Positions 30,142 through 43,900 of a DNA stretch of 64,000 bases are shown in pieces (the first letter of the stretch is position 1; every line of letters starts with the position of its first letter). This stretch comes from Dimorphilus gyrociliatus (lineage: Eukaryota; Animalia; Annelida): contig CAJFCJ010000003.1 of the NCBI GenBank assembly GCA_904063045.1, positions 1,302,001-1,366,000 of the forward strand, written 5' to 3'. The notes beneath the pieces are model-generated. The model was not told where the DNA came from, ran no database searches, and was given only the letters and a program-made list of their open reading frames with translations. A program made the position numbers and the translations under genes.

Positions 30142-33006
30142 TAATGTTTGCACATTATTAATATAAAGTTTCATATGTACAACTTTATATTCTTTTAAGC
30201 CTGAATGAGCTTATCTGCCACTTTGTTTGTAGCTTTTAACGCTCTCTTCTTTCTCTTTCAATTATTTCTTTCTTCTAATGAAAATTTCTCGTTTCCTTAA
30301 AATTGCAAATAGAAGTTTTAACTAATTGTAAAATCTTATAATTGAATTATGTTTATAATTGTTTAAAGAATTTCATTAGAAATCAGATAAAAGTAGACAT
30401 TCAGAAAAAGAACTATAAACATTGATTGATATATATTCGTTTATTACAGTTTTAAGTTGTTTCCTTACTTGATAATGCTTTATTTTAAGGTATAAATATT
30501 AATTTTGATTAGTTTCCCATTAAAATGGGCAGATGTTCTGAGAAATTATAGCGTCTGTATGGGTATAAATCCGCTTACAGCAGCCAGCTTACTATTAATA
30601 TGCAAACAGATCGAAATTGGATACTTAACATAGATTGCTTTTTATCCAACCAGAACAAACGAGTTCAAAATGTACGTTCCATAATGATCGATGATAATTT
30701 TGCTCATTTTGCCAGATAATAATTATTCTATATAAAACTATACAGTATATATTTAGAATTGAAGTAACTTTCTTATCTCATGAGGAGTGAATTAATTAAA
30801 GACCCCAAAGTTGATAATTTACTTGCTTTGAGAGTTTGCTTTGCGCAGTTTTTATAGCATTAACCTATTACTGCACAATTTTCATTTCCGCTTTAAGAGA
30901 TATACAACCTAGAAAAGAAATAAGCCAAAATACTAATTATTCTATCTACAATTTCCTTTTTTTTTGCTATTCATTAAAAGCAAAAAATGAAATAAGTTTA
31001 AAAGTTTTTAATATAACTAAACCTTTGGTTAAATTAATTAATTAACTAACCAATTAGTCAATTATTTAACAAATAGTGCATTCGACTCTTCTAGATTACA
31101 GAATAAAAGTAAAACCTTTTCCAGTTGAACATCAGTTGATTATTTTATCAACATATTCAATTGTATATATACATATATATGTAAAAGACCTAAAAATGTT
31201 TAAACTTTGCTAGACATGCGTTATATTTGTGGAAAATCAACTTCCCATTAACTAGCATAGTTTTGGTTAACAACTTCTCGCCTGTAACCTCATTTTTTAA
31301 ACAGTAAATAAAAAAACGGACCTTTAGTAGGCCTTCTTTGTATATATAACTGCATAATGCCCGTATCTAACACAAATAAACACTTGACTTGGTTATATTA
31401 CAACCGCCTATCTCTTTATGTCAGACAGTAAAGATTTCTTTTCCTTCCAACTGATTATCTTTTATCTTAAAAACTCTTAAATTATCAAAAGGTTAAATAT
31501 GTACTCTTCTTTTATTTATCACAAAAGAGAGACTTTCCCTTTTCCAAATTTTCCATAGTAATAACATGAAAATGTAAGAAAAATATTTGCTATCTTATCA
31601 TAATTCGGAAAATCTTAACCCCTTTTATTTATAGATAAAAAAAATAACCTTCAGAGACATAATGAATAAAAATAGTACTATCAAAACCAATCCTAATCCT
31701 TAAATTAATCTTGCCATCCCCCAAATCTTCACCTTTAACCCAAGGGGAAAAACTCAATCATAGAAATATGATTCGACCTATATTTCTTTTTTTATATACA
31801 TATATTAACCACATTTAATAAGTTTACATTTACAACATACATATCTTAAAGGTAAGCATGGTACGTCTAAATTAGTATGATTAGAGACTAGAAACGCCTA
31901 TAAATGATACTCTGATGGCAAAGGATTGATTTAGTATAATAACTAGTAAAGTATTATTAAAAAAATATAAATTAAAAAAAGAAGCTTATAATAATGAAAT
32001 ATTAATTATTAATATAAATCACAAAACGAAAGTTATCTTCTATTCTCTTTATTTTAATATGAAATGATATAGAACTACAAGAAAGTCTAATAATGTTACT
32101 ATCGATTATAGGCTTAGATCGATCTTTTCTTAATAGTCAAAAAAAGGAAAAAATAAGGAAGAGGAAAGCATTACGGCATACGTTGAAAGAATATTACAAG
32201 AAAAAAAATGTTATAATCGACTTTTTTCATTCTCTTTTATCTTGAAAAACATCGGCCATTTTTTTTTTCTTTTTTTCTTTTATACTTAAATAGGAGACTA
32301 ATCTGATTTTCATTTTTATAAATTCTTCTCTCCATTAAGGTTAAAAAAACCAGACTGGGAATTATTAATTTTCATTTTATCACATGACACTTAGACAATC
32401 ATTACTCTTATACCCAGGGGCGTGTCTGATATCTATCATACTAGTCAATTTTTACTTGCATATATAACAAGCTCATTGGGTTTTATCGATCAGAATTATT
32501 ACGTTGTACATTTTCAACTTATGAACCAGCTTGACATTTCATTCTTATGGAAATATAGGAAAATTATAATGCCATACATGAAGTCTTTTATTATGAAATA
32601 TTAATAATTAATTCAAAATGGAATAAAAAATCTTTATAGAATCTTATCCGAAGAACATTTTTCGATTTTTCAATACGCTCCTTTTAATTTCTTGAACAAA
32701 TTTTTTCGTTTTACAATACATACATATCCGGTAATTACACTTCATATATGAATATTACATTGTTGTATAAGAGTCAACCCAAAGACAAGAGTGACATCAT
32801 CAACTCTTGTTGTCATTCGTATTGCTACAAGTTCTTTTGATAAAAATGTTGCATATTAATATAAAGTAAATTAGCTTTAGACGAAATCTGAATGTATAAT
32901 ATATAAGGTGTAAACAATCACGGTAAACATATAGATTTCTCTCTTATAAATTACTGACTATAATCTACACTGGTAAAATGGAAAAGCAAGAATATGGCAT
33001 ATATAG

Positions 33007-33010
<4 letters not shown>

Positions 33011-33057
<47 letters not shown>
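33011..33057. repeat. (TA)n microsatellite
   Basis: Uninterrupted TA run of about 47 nt. Confidence 0.95.
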
Positions 33058-33061
<4 letters not shown>

Positions 33062-36000
33062 TTTCTATTATTACACATTCAACAGAAGAATGAGAAGATG
33101 GTGATAAAGTTGAAGAAGAAAAGTACTCTTGGACCGCTATTTACACCTATGATAAATGAAGTTTTTCAATTAACAAAGATTAGTGATAAAATAGTGGAAT
33201 TAAATTATTTTATTGATATTCCTTAACTGATTACAACACTTTTTCATACGTAATCAAGTTAGATAATATTTACAAATACTTAACGAGAGCATTTTCTATG
33301 AATTGTTACTTTTTTTGAAATATACTTCATTTGTAATTCAAAATACGATTTAAAAATATTGTTTGTAATAAATAGGTCAATTTAATATTGTCTATTTAAT
33401 CTTCTTTCATTTTATTAAGCTTGTTTCATAAAGTTTAAAATACTAATACTTTCCCAATTTACGAAAATATCTGAAATTTGCTAAGTTGAATAAATCTTCA
33501 TTTATTACTTTATTTGTATATAGAATAACTTTATATATATATATTTATTTATAGACGGATATAGCAAAATGAAGATCAACTCTTAAATTCAATGAATAAT
33601 CATTAAATATTAATTTTATTAGCTGGACTCAGTAAAAAAAAAACAAAAGAGAAAATAATTATCAATAAAAAGGAAAAAATCCCTATTGATATTGTTGAAT
33701 ATTCTTAATTTATATCAAAACAATTATATGCTATAAATTATTTGACGGAGACGCTGAATTGGAACAGTCCTAATCCCCCAAACGATTATTTATATGCTTA
33801 TATTCTCTATATAAAAGTCATAATTAGAAAGTTAACTAAATTTAGTAACTACCACTTATTGGTTATTGAAGAGGAATTGGAATAAATTTTGCAATATTTG
33901 ACTGTAGGAAAGATTATTATCTATCATTCTGTTTGTAGAATTTTCCTCTCCCATTTTATATCTTATGACCAAATCCAATTATTTCACATTTTGGGCTAAT
34001 TCTTTTTCTATTTTTAGAATCAAATACAACTTGCTTATTTAATATTATATTCGCATCGAAGGCTATGGATAAAAAGAGACTGATAAATAATTATACTCGC
34101 TCAAAATGGACGATTAATTACTTATAATTTATGGTTGATCATCATTTCATACGAATTAGATTATAAAAACCGTAGCATTGTTCATTTAAGGGAAAAAGAA
34201 TATCAATATACTTTATAAATACATATAAATCCCTTTTCCCATAGAGGAAAACATTACTTTTTCGAATGGAGAGACTCGGATTAGAACTTTTAAGAGATCG
34301 TTGAAGACCATCTTTCCCTAAATTAGATAAAAGAGGAACTTAATGTCTCTTTTTTTGTTGGAATTTCTGTGTCAGTTCACATCTCTTTTTGTACTTTTTC
34401 GAGGAAAACCGATAAATTCTTTCGATACAATCAACCATCTATCTTCTCTGTTGATGTAGAAATTAAAGCCACATAACATGTCAGTAATTGACGTGTATCC
34501 GGTAAAAGACAGTATTCTTAATTGCTTTCTTACTTATTTCATTCAAATTATGAAGCTATTTATTGCATAAACTACAAACATGGTCTATTTATATAAAAAA
34601 TATATATAATGTATATATATATGAAGACACAATTTAAAGCTCACTTAATAAATCTTGTATCTTATACATACAGCATATATAGGTATCGACAGCTTCAAGA
34701 ACTTTCATGATCTATAATCCAATCAAAAGTTTGACAGTAAAAACTGTTGCGTTTGTCGATTCCATACAAATGTAAACACTTAAATGCACGTTATCAATCA
34801 TACATTTATCAAGGAGTTACGCTGAATTTTTTTTTCACTCTTCCCCTTTTCTTCTATCAGTAAAGACTTGTTTTTATTAGCTTAAAAGACTTTATGATTG
34901 CAAAACTACACTTCTAGTGCGTATTTTTATTCCTCTTATAATATCTCTAGAGGCTTTTATTTTTTACATCAAAACCGGTTTTAGACATGGATTCTAACCG
35001 CTAACCAGCTCAACTCAAAGACTGTTAAGTAGTTAAATAAATCGAATTGCAGACTTGTAGTGTATTCTTTATAGTAAAACTATCCTCCTAAGAGTATACT
35101 TATAAAGAAAAGAAAACTCACTTAGAAACAGAATAATTAGCATCAGTGTCGAAAAGTATCCTTTTTAAATCAAAACAATAGTCTATAATTAACTTTTACT
35201 AATAAGCAATTTCTGCATTCCTTTAAACGAGAAAATTGTGAGAAAAAAGGCAATAAAGCTTTTATGCAGTTCGTTATAGATGATAGGTCTAACTGAATGT
35301 TCTTATTAACTATGGCTTTAGTTGCTATGAAAGTATTTATATAGGTTTCTTTTTTTCGTCAAGAATAGAAAACTTTTATACATAATCTTGTTTTCTTTTT
35401 CGGACTAAATACCCTAGAGATGATCGTACGCGATTCAGCTCTTTTCTTTTGCCGCTAATTAAACGATGATACCAATTACCTATGGTCAACGGTTCGTATA
35501 TCTTATCCTCGAGAGACTTTGCCACAATGTACCCTTCATTTAGAAGATTTATCCAACCGTATTAACTTACATGCTTAAAGTATTGAAAATATTTGTATTC
35601 CTAGGGCAATAAAACTGGTGAAAATTTAAAAGATTTTTTTCCCTTTTTTGTATTCTCACGTGTAACAGTTAGTGTTTTAATGAGATGTATTACAGCTTCG
35701 GGTCATGGAAATAAAATAAGATGAAAATTTAGGAGGCTACGCAATAGAAATTACATATGGTGCATGCTAAATATTCAATTGATACTTGGTATTTTCTTTT
35801 CCCTTCACATTCTTTTTTTTCAGAAAATCATTATTTTAAGTAATAAAATATTCTTTTATAATATTTACTTATATGATTAAGAATGAAAAGGTATTAAAAA
35901 CTTTTTACAACTCTTTTCCAGTTGGTAATACAAACAAAAATACAGTTTATCCAGTTTATTGACGATTTACTTTAAGTCTTCAAAAAGATTTTTCATTATA

Positions 36001-36469
36001 AAAGTGGCAGGAATAAGAAAAAAAAGGCAGCTTAGCCCCAATAAAAAGGCAAAATTATAAATAATTGTTTCAAAAAGTTTGTTGAAAGTGTGAGTTATAA
36101 AATGAAATCTTTGCATTAAGAATATTATATATTCCTGAATTTTTTTTTAGTTTTTCGATTCTTTCTTGACAGCCAACAAAAGCAAAAAAAAAAATAATCC
36201 CAATTTAACAACGCAGTAAGAGAAAACCTAAAAGGAAATAATTAATGGAAGATATTAAAACTAAAAGGACGCTAACGGCGCGTGTAAAGAATCAAGAAGG
36301 AGATAAAAAAATTAAAGGTTTCAAAATAATTTTTTATTTAAAATAGGTTAACCCTTTTCTATCCCAATTCCTCTAAAGTTGTAAAACAATTGTTGTTGCT
36401 ACCATCCTAAAGCGCTAAGCTCGGTCTCTTGTCCGCTTTTATTCCCATTCACTATATCTGCCTGTTTGT

Positions 36470-36516
36470 CTCTTTCTCTATCTCTCTCTATATATATATA
36501 TACTTTATATATATAA

Positions 36517-36568
<52 letters not shown>
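36470..36568. repeat. Compound (CT)n/(TA)n microsatellite
   Basis: CT run followed by interrupted and then pure AT runs. Confidence 0.9.
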
Positions 36569-36570
<2 letters not shown>

Positions 36571-37912
36571 CTTTTTAAACGCTTGTCAAATGAATTTTCT
36601 AGAAACACAATTATTTTTCATTCGAAACATGTAAACAAAGAATTAGTTTAGTTAATAAGTAAACGTTTATAAATATGTTGATATCGTAGGCTTATAGGAT
36701 AGAAGAAAAATAATATCTTATTATAATATTCCTTATTTACATATTTTGTAAAAAAGATATATTCGGCTTCCATTTCTATTCTCTTTAGCCTATAGCAACT
36801 AGCAAGTAACTATAGCATTTAGGTAATATCCTATTTAATGTGTGTATTCCACCTAATGGAATTAAGATAATGTAATCAGGCAGCCAATATGCATTACTAC
36901 CCACCTTCTCACTTATTTGTGTACAAGTAGTTTGATATGAAACCGCTACGTTAGTTGTAATCTATAATCCAATCTTATGACACAATACGAAAGAGAATGA
37001 AAAAGAAAAGTGATATAGCAAGAAATAAATTAATCATTCTTTTAAATCTTAGTAAAAAAGAAAAAATACCAAAAATAAATATTTTGCATTTACCCGTTTA
37101 TTTCGTAAACAAACATCGTACTGTTAAATTGCTGCAAGTCAAATACTATTTGTATTCCAATTGTTGTTTTGCAGAAAAATAATTTTGCAACGAAAATTAT
37201 ACTACATGTCTTTATTACGCAATTTCCTAATTTTTTTGACTTTTTCCTTTGGCTGGATGGTTACTGTACCACACAATAATAATCGATACAGAACACTTGT
37301 ATCAAAACTAGTTTATTTAACTGTTATATGTAAAATTAGCTTATGAATAGTTAATCAATGTAATTACAATATTTCCTGCTTCTTTTAATTTTTAATAACT
37401 TTACTTTTACCGAATCACGTGTCAAAGCATGCTGTTAACTGTTTTTAGCATCTAGTTAATAGAAATTGAATTACTTAAATTTTCATTTAATAAGTATTTC
37501 TAGAGTATTTTCTTCAGAAATGACAATTCCAATTTGAGGGAATGTTGAATTCGTTTAAAAAAACTATAAGAAACGTTGTCAAACGATTTTTTAACTTGTA
37601 AGATTAAAAAACGGTCCTTAAACATTTTCCCTAGCATTAAGACTTTGCTTCTCTAGCTATCATACAACGAGTTCATTTATAGCAGGTTGATAAGGATATC
37701 TACTTCTCACGCCTGTTATTACAGTTTAGTTGTGAAAAATTGCTATGGAATCTCATGATTATAAAACTATCTACTAAATAAGAATATATAGTTATATATA
37801 AATATTTATATGCTGAATATATAGGTATACCATATACCTCAATTACTTCGAAACACTGTACAGCGTTGGTTAACTGTACGTTAATATAGCCCAACTATCT
37901 AACAATGATAAT

Positions 37913-37943
<31 letters not shown>

Positions 37944-40900
37944 GCTTATATATGTATATAAAATCAAATAGATGTTATTGCATAACGTGACAATAACGTA
38001 TTTATTAAGTAAACCGAACTTGATAGTCATTTGAATTTAGTTAATTTAATTCAAGTTTTACAAAAGACAATATCAATATTTTTCTAGCAACTAGAAAATA
38101 ACAATTTTATAAGAATAAATTATTATTATTGTCTTATTTAAAGAACTTCTACGCAATTCTCAACACATATATATATATATATATATATATGTGTGTACTT
38201 GTATGTATATTCTATTTATGCAAATATGTAAATATATGCTTGTGTATATGTTAGCGTATGTACATACTATATGTGTCTATGTAGGTGTGTTCATTTTTCT
38301 TTTACATTTCTATTTCCCTTTGTACAATTCAATTCGATATACAGAGTCTGTTTGCGTCATAAAAATATTCATTTAATTGACAATATCGGTTTAACGATTT
38401 ACCATTTGGTTGCTTATTGACGAAGTTTACGCATTAAAAATGAAATTACTTAGCTTTTCTTATGTTGAAAGAAATACAATTAGTAATAAAGATATTTCAT
38501 TTTTTCTCAGGGTCAAGCAAAGGCTATTTTACTTTTTAAATTAACAAAGAGCTTGTAATTTAAACTAGATAATAGACTATTTACCTGAAATTCACCACAA
38601 GATGTTTTTTTAATTACATTTGTGGACATTTCTTTCACTGTTTTACTGCTTTCCCTTAGCGATAAACACGCTATTAGTGATTTTATATTTATATAAAAAT
38701 CTGCGGCTTTTTCACAAGTAGAGAAGCTTATAATGTCATAACTAAAGGTTAAATCTCATTTTATAATAAATTCTTAACAAATGACTTATAGTATAATAAA
38801 ATGATTTGAAACAACTATTTGTTTCAATCAATTCAATGTTTTATATGTTTAAATGTTTGACATGTGGCAAATAGAAGCGAATATTGCGTACAGATGCTTA
38901 AAATTTCTTGGTTAATTATGCGAAAAAGCAAATAAACAAATGAATGTACAAGAGAAAAGCGCTGTTTTTATGAATAAAATCGAAAACTCTGCAACAGAAT
39001 GTTATCCTTCGTCTAAGATTTCCAATTTAATCTTCAAGTGACTCCTACAAAAAATATATATGACGTCATCGCATTCTTTCTTTCTTTAAATTAGGATGCT
39101 ACATAGAAGGATTGATTGCAAAGGAATCGATTTAACTTTATTTAATGCTGTTTATAAAGGAGCTGAGCCTAAACTTTCTATCGAATAGATTTCATTGTGT
39201 CTTAGTGGGTTGTCTGTAAGGACACTTTGAAGTTATTAAGCTACCATAATCAGATCACTTTCAAATAGCGATATGAGATGCAAATCGCTGGCGAATCGAT
39301 CCAACTACTTGTTGGATTCTATGCCTTCGATAAAATATAACAGACCAACTTGGAGCAGTTATTTCTATCTTTTTTGTAAATCCATTAACAGCTTGGTTAG
39401 ATCCTTTTTGAAAAAACAAGATTAATCAAACTAGTTTGTAAAGCAGTATGCAAAACTTTCAATTCCATTGCGGACTTTATAAATCGATACGTCAACTACT
39501 ATTCGATTAATCGATCAACGATTGTCCTATCTGCTCGTAATTAGACTTTCATAGTTATATTGTCGATTCAAAGATTATTAGAGAGATTGTTAGACAAAAT
39601 CTGAAGAACTTTAGTAGAGGATTCTCTAGGTCATCGTCGCTGAAAGCTACCTATTCGCTCGCCTAATCATTTTTCGTTTGAACTAAAAACAGGAGAGGTG
39701 ACTAAACGTATTTCCTTTTGTTTTAGACTGACCCAACGGCTTTTATTTGTTTTCGTTGCTACTATTGGTTAATAAACATAGCAATAAAAAGTAAGGAGAT
39801 GCAATTTTGAGTTCTTCGGACACCCCTGGAATAAAATATTATTGACAATTGAAAATCATTAAAAAATTGGCCGTGGTTTATTAACTATCAATTATTAATG
39901 AAGTTTAGATAAACAGTGGAAAATCTGGTAGAAAATAAGCGCACGGGGGCGTTTTATATCAAGTATCGTTCTCACGCAAGAAAGGCAAAAATTATTGAAA
40001 GACGACAGAGATTGATAATAATTTTCTCATAATTAATCGTTAATTTACAATGTTTTCCTATGATATATTTATAAAAATAATCCCTAGTCCTAATTTTCAT
40101 GAGATGGATTAAAAATACTTTATATATACAACTTTTCTATCAATCATTCATACTTTTCACTAAAAATTATTTTTATCGCGAATAATTCATTACATTCATG
40201 AATTATTTATACCTTCAAATATGAATATCATATGAAATATTAAAACATTTCTTTCTGATTTCCGCAGTGATTCTTCTCCGTAAAATTTAGTTAAAAAGAA
40301 AAAGAAATATACTGGTGTCTTAATCCTTTTTGTTTTGGATATGTAAAAAAAAATGAAAGGAAAAATATACTATGTAATCTTTGCAGAATTTCTAAAATCC
40401 TCAGTTATCCCTTAGGAAATATTTTTGATTATTTTTACTCAATGTATCAGGAAATTATTATTCCGTAAACGAAGGCCATTTAACAGTTTGTCTATTTTAC
40501 ACACAGGAAATTAAGATCTTACATCTTTAGAACAGAATCAATTGTTTATGAATCTTTATTTATATTTTCTATTATCTCAAAAAAGAGCGAATGTTTTAGA
40601 AGCATCTTTATGGAATAAATAACTTGATTGAGTGTCTAAGGTTTTTAATTGTCGAAATATTCAGCTAGCCACAAGATTGAAAACAAGAAAATTGACAAAA
40701 ACAGAATTATTCTAAGGAGAGGATAAAGTTATTCTAGTCACAATTCTTATAAATTTACCATATATTGCTCTTTTTAACTGTCATGGACACGTTTTTAAGA
40801 GTCCAACTTATTTATATTTATTCTTTTCTTTGGAGAAAAAGTCATTATTCGTTTATAATAGCAAAGATAAAAGCACTGCAGCATTAACCTTAATATTATT

Positions 40901-43900
40901 TAAAGCAGACGGAATCAATTTCAATTATATTGAAATCTTTCAAATATATTTTAATGTAAAGTGTAGCATATACATATTCAAATACAACAGCAATTTTGTT
41001 CGAATCAAGCAGAGAATTAAGTTTTAAAAAGAATAGATAATCTTCTTACCAACCAAATAGTCGTCTTATAGAATAAACTGACTATATAACAAAACGTGTT
41101 AGCTTTCAAAGTATATGCCTCACTTACAGTTATATAAATGAACAATAAGTTCTGTCGAACAAACATCGTAAAAAATGTCCTTTAATGACAAAAAATTCTA
41201 ATCTAATGTTTAAATTATACGCTTCTGATTTTTAACAAATTTCCCATTTAATGGTCTCAGAGAAACCACAACAACCCATTCATTTTCCTTTTATTTATAG
41301 TATATGAAGAAACGAAATCAAATATCTCCTTCTTCATAAGACTACTATATCAAAATATCATGAAAACTAGAATTTTTATTACCCATTATATGTAAAAAAT
41401 ATCACATAAACCTTAATTATTATATAAACAAGTAGAGTAGATTCGTTTCTTCAAAATAAATTTAAGACTACAAAATTCTTTATGCAAGTTAGCCTTTACC
41501 CCATATATTATCTTTGTAAGATGCAATAAGCGACTAGAACCACGTTTTAAACAAACATTAAGAAGAAATTAAATGTAAATCTGATTTTCATCAGCTTTCA
41601 GACAAGGATAAAAAAAACTCCAATATAAGAAAAAAATCTGGAAAAATTCTCCTTTTTTGCGAGCTTAAAAAGAGACTATCTGCCTCTCCTGCAAAATCAC
41701 TTAAGATTGGCTCCCTTTCTTCCTGCATTTCCCACATTATTTCGCAATGCCATTATTGAAATGATACACAATTTTCAGTTTATACTTCGATAAGTAACTC
41801 TGTCTAATATCTTCAACACGCGAATCGTACCGACATCTTTCGCCTTTTTATCATATTATAATGGGTGACGTGGTCAAAATGAAAAAAAAATGTGCTTTGT
41901 TTTATAAAAATAATTAAAAGTCAATTCTAAATAAATTATTAAACAAGATATATAACAATAATTTCGTTTAGTAGTAATAATAAACAAGGCTATTAGATGA
42001 ACATTTGTATTTTATACTACAACTTTATTATTGTTACTAATCATTTGCATAAGTATGAGAAATAATATTCACTCATAGAATTTGAATCCTTTGAAAGAGA
42101 CACGTTATTGTACTTCTTAAACTTTGTAATATTCCATATCCTATCAATTCCTAGTAAGCCGGAACCAACTAAGATATAAAATTAATTGATTAATTAAACG
42201 GAAATCTGATAAGAATATTCTACTAGCATTTCTTAAGAGCATCTTCTATCATTTCCGTGTCAGTTGAATTACAGGCAGTAATTGGGATTAACATGAAGCT
42301 ACGATAACTGTTCCTTTCATTTTTAAAATATTATTATACCAAAAGAAAATCTATCCTGCGTGTTATATATATATTACATTAGAATATGAAAGCTGTAAGA
42401 TTTTCTTCAAAATCTAAATCGAGATTTTCTTAAAGAAATTAATTAATAGGTCAATACTGCATTCTTTCCTTTGTGAACAGCAAAATTGTATTTGACTACT
42501 CTCATTGTTCATCACCAGTTAAGGATTTAAACTGATATCTATATCCTTACAATTTATAACTTAATATATATATATATATATTTCTAAGAACAGAACCCCG
42601 ACACACAATGGAAAGGGAATTGTCAAATTAGTTATCAATAATGGATTTTAATTTTTGTAAGTGTGCGTGTAATAACCCAAATTTCTGAAAAGTTACGTAT
42701 TTAAGTTATTTTACTGTTATTGTATTTTGATACATTTCTAAGTAATTTTGATGCTAGTCTGATTAATGAAATAATTTAATTATTAATTAAAGAACGTAGC
42801 TTCTCATTAGTAAGAATTTCCACATTTTATTATACTGTATGATTTAGTTCAAGTACAGATATTTTTCTATCATTTCCCTTCTAATATCATTTTATTTCTA
42901 TTAATATCGGAATTAAAATGCATTAACGTATCAGAAGTATGCAGTTTACTTTAACCATTTATTTTCTTTCCTAAATCTTTCAAAACACGGTACAACTTAT
43001 CATATGTTCTCTAAAGTTAAGTTTAAATTCGCTATCTGTAAAGCTTAAAATTCAATTATGTAACGTAAAGATAATCGAAGGCTGATGTTAAATACTTTGA
43101 AAAGATTTTATATTTGTGTTTAATACCGGCGACACTAAAAATGATAACCTAGTAAAGAGATGAAGAAAATACGCTTTGTTGCTTGGTAACTCTCGAATTG
43201 AGATTACTACTTTATCGGTTCTTAAACAACAATACTTTTTTGTTTTTTTTGCATTTGAAAAAGGCACATTTAACTCTTTACTCAATAGATAAACTCAAGT
43301 ATTTAATATCCAGGGTCGGATATATGTAAGACATTACAGAATCTGAAAGAGTAATCTAAGCGTGTTTAATACAATCTATTCTGCTTAAAATAGAAATCTG
43401 AACGTTTCGAAACCTTAAGCAAATACGAAATGATACTTCAGTTACTGTATCATGTAATAGGTTCCATTTCCTCGACAGTAAATAAAAAGATTAGTCTTGT
43501 CCACAACTGTACAATTTTTGTCATTTTAAACTTTTATTTAAAGTACATAGACCGAGTGTCCTTTTAATTAATACATTTCCCTAGTTTATATTAGCTTACT
43601 GTTCAATAGATATAGCATTGCCATTCTGAGCAAACATCAACAATTTTAACCAAACTTGTTACAAATTTCGGTAGCTAAAACAGACTGCAGGTGAACATCT
43701 ACGTGGGCGTTTAGATGAGCTCTTTTGAGTTTATCAATAACATAGGTTGTATTATTAGTTGCATAAACATCATTCTAACTTATACAAACCATAGAAATAA
43801 TGCTTCTTTTGCATCTTTCTGATGTTATTGCTAAATGTAACACATGAATAATTTTACGGAATGTGTGCTGTCGAAATCAACAATTTCAATACGCTACAGG

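Noticed and set aside
25522-35164. Two GTATCCTTT words (25522, 35156) matching the U12 donor consensus
   Set aside because: No associated exons or U12 branch sites found; plausible by chance in AT-rich DNA.
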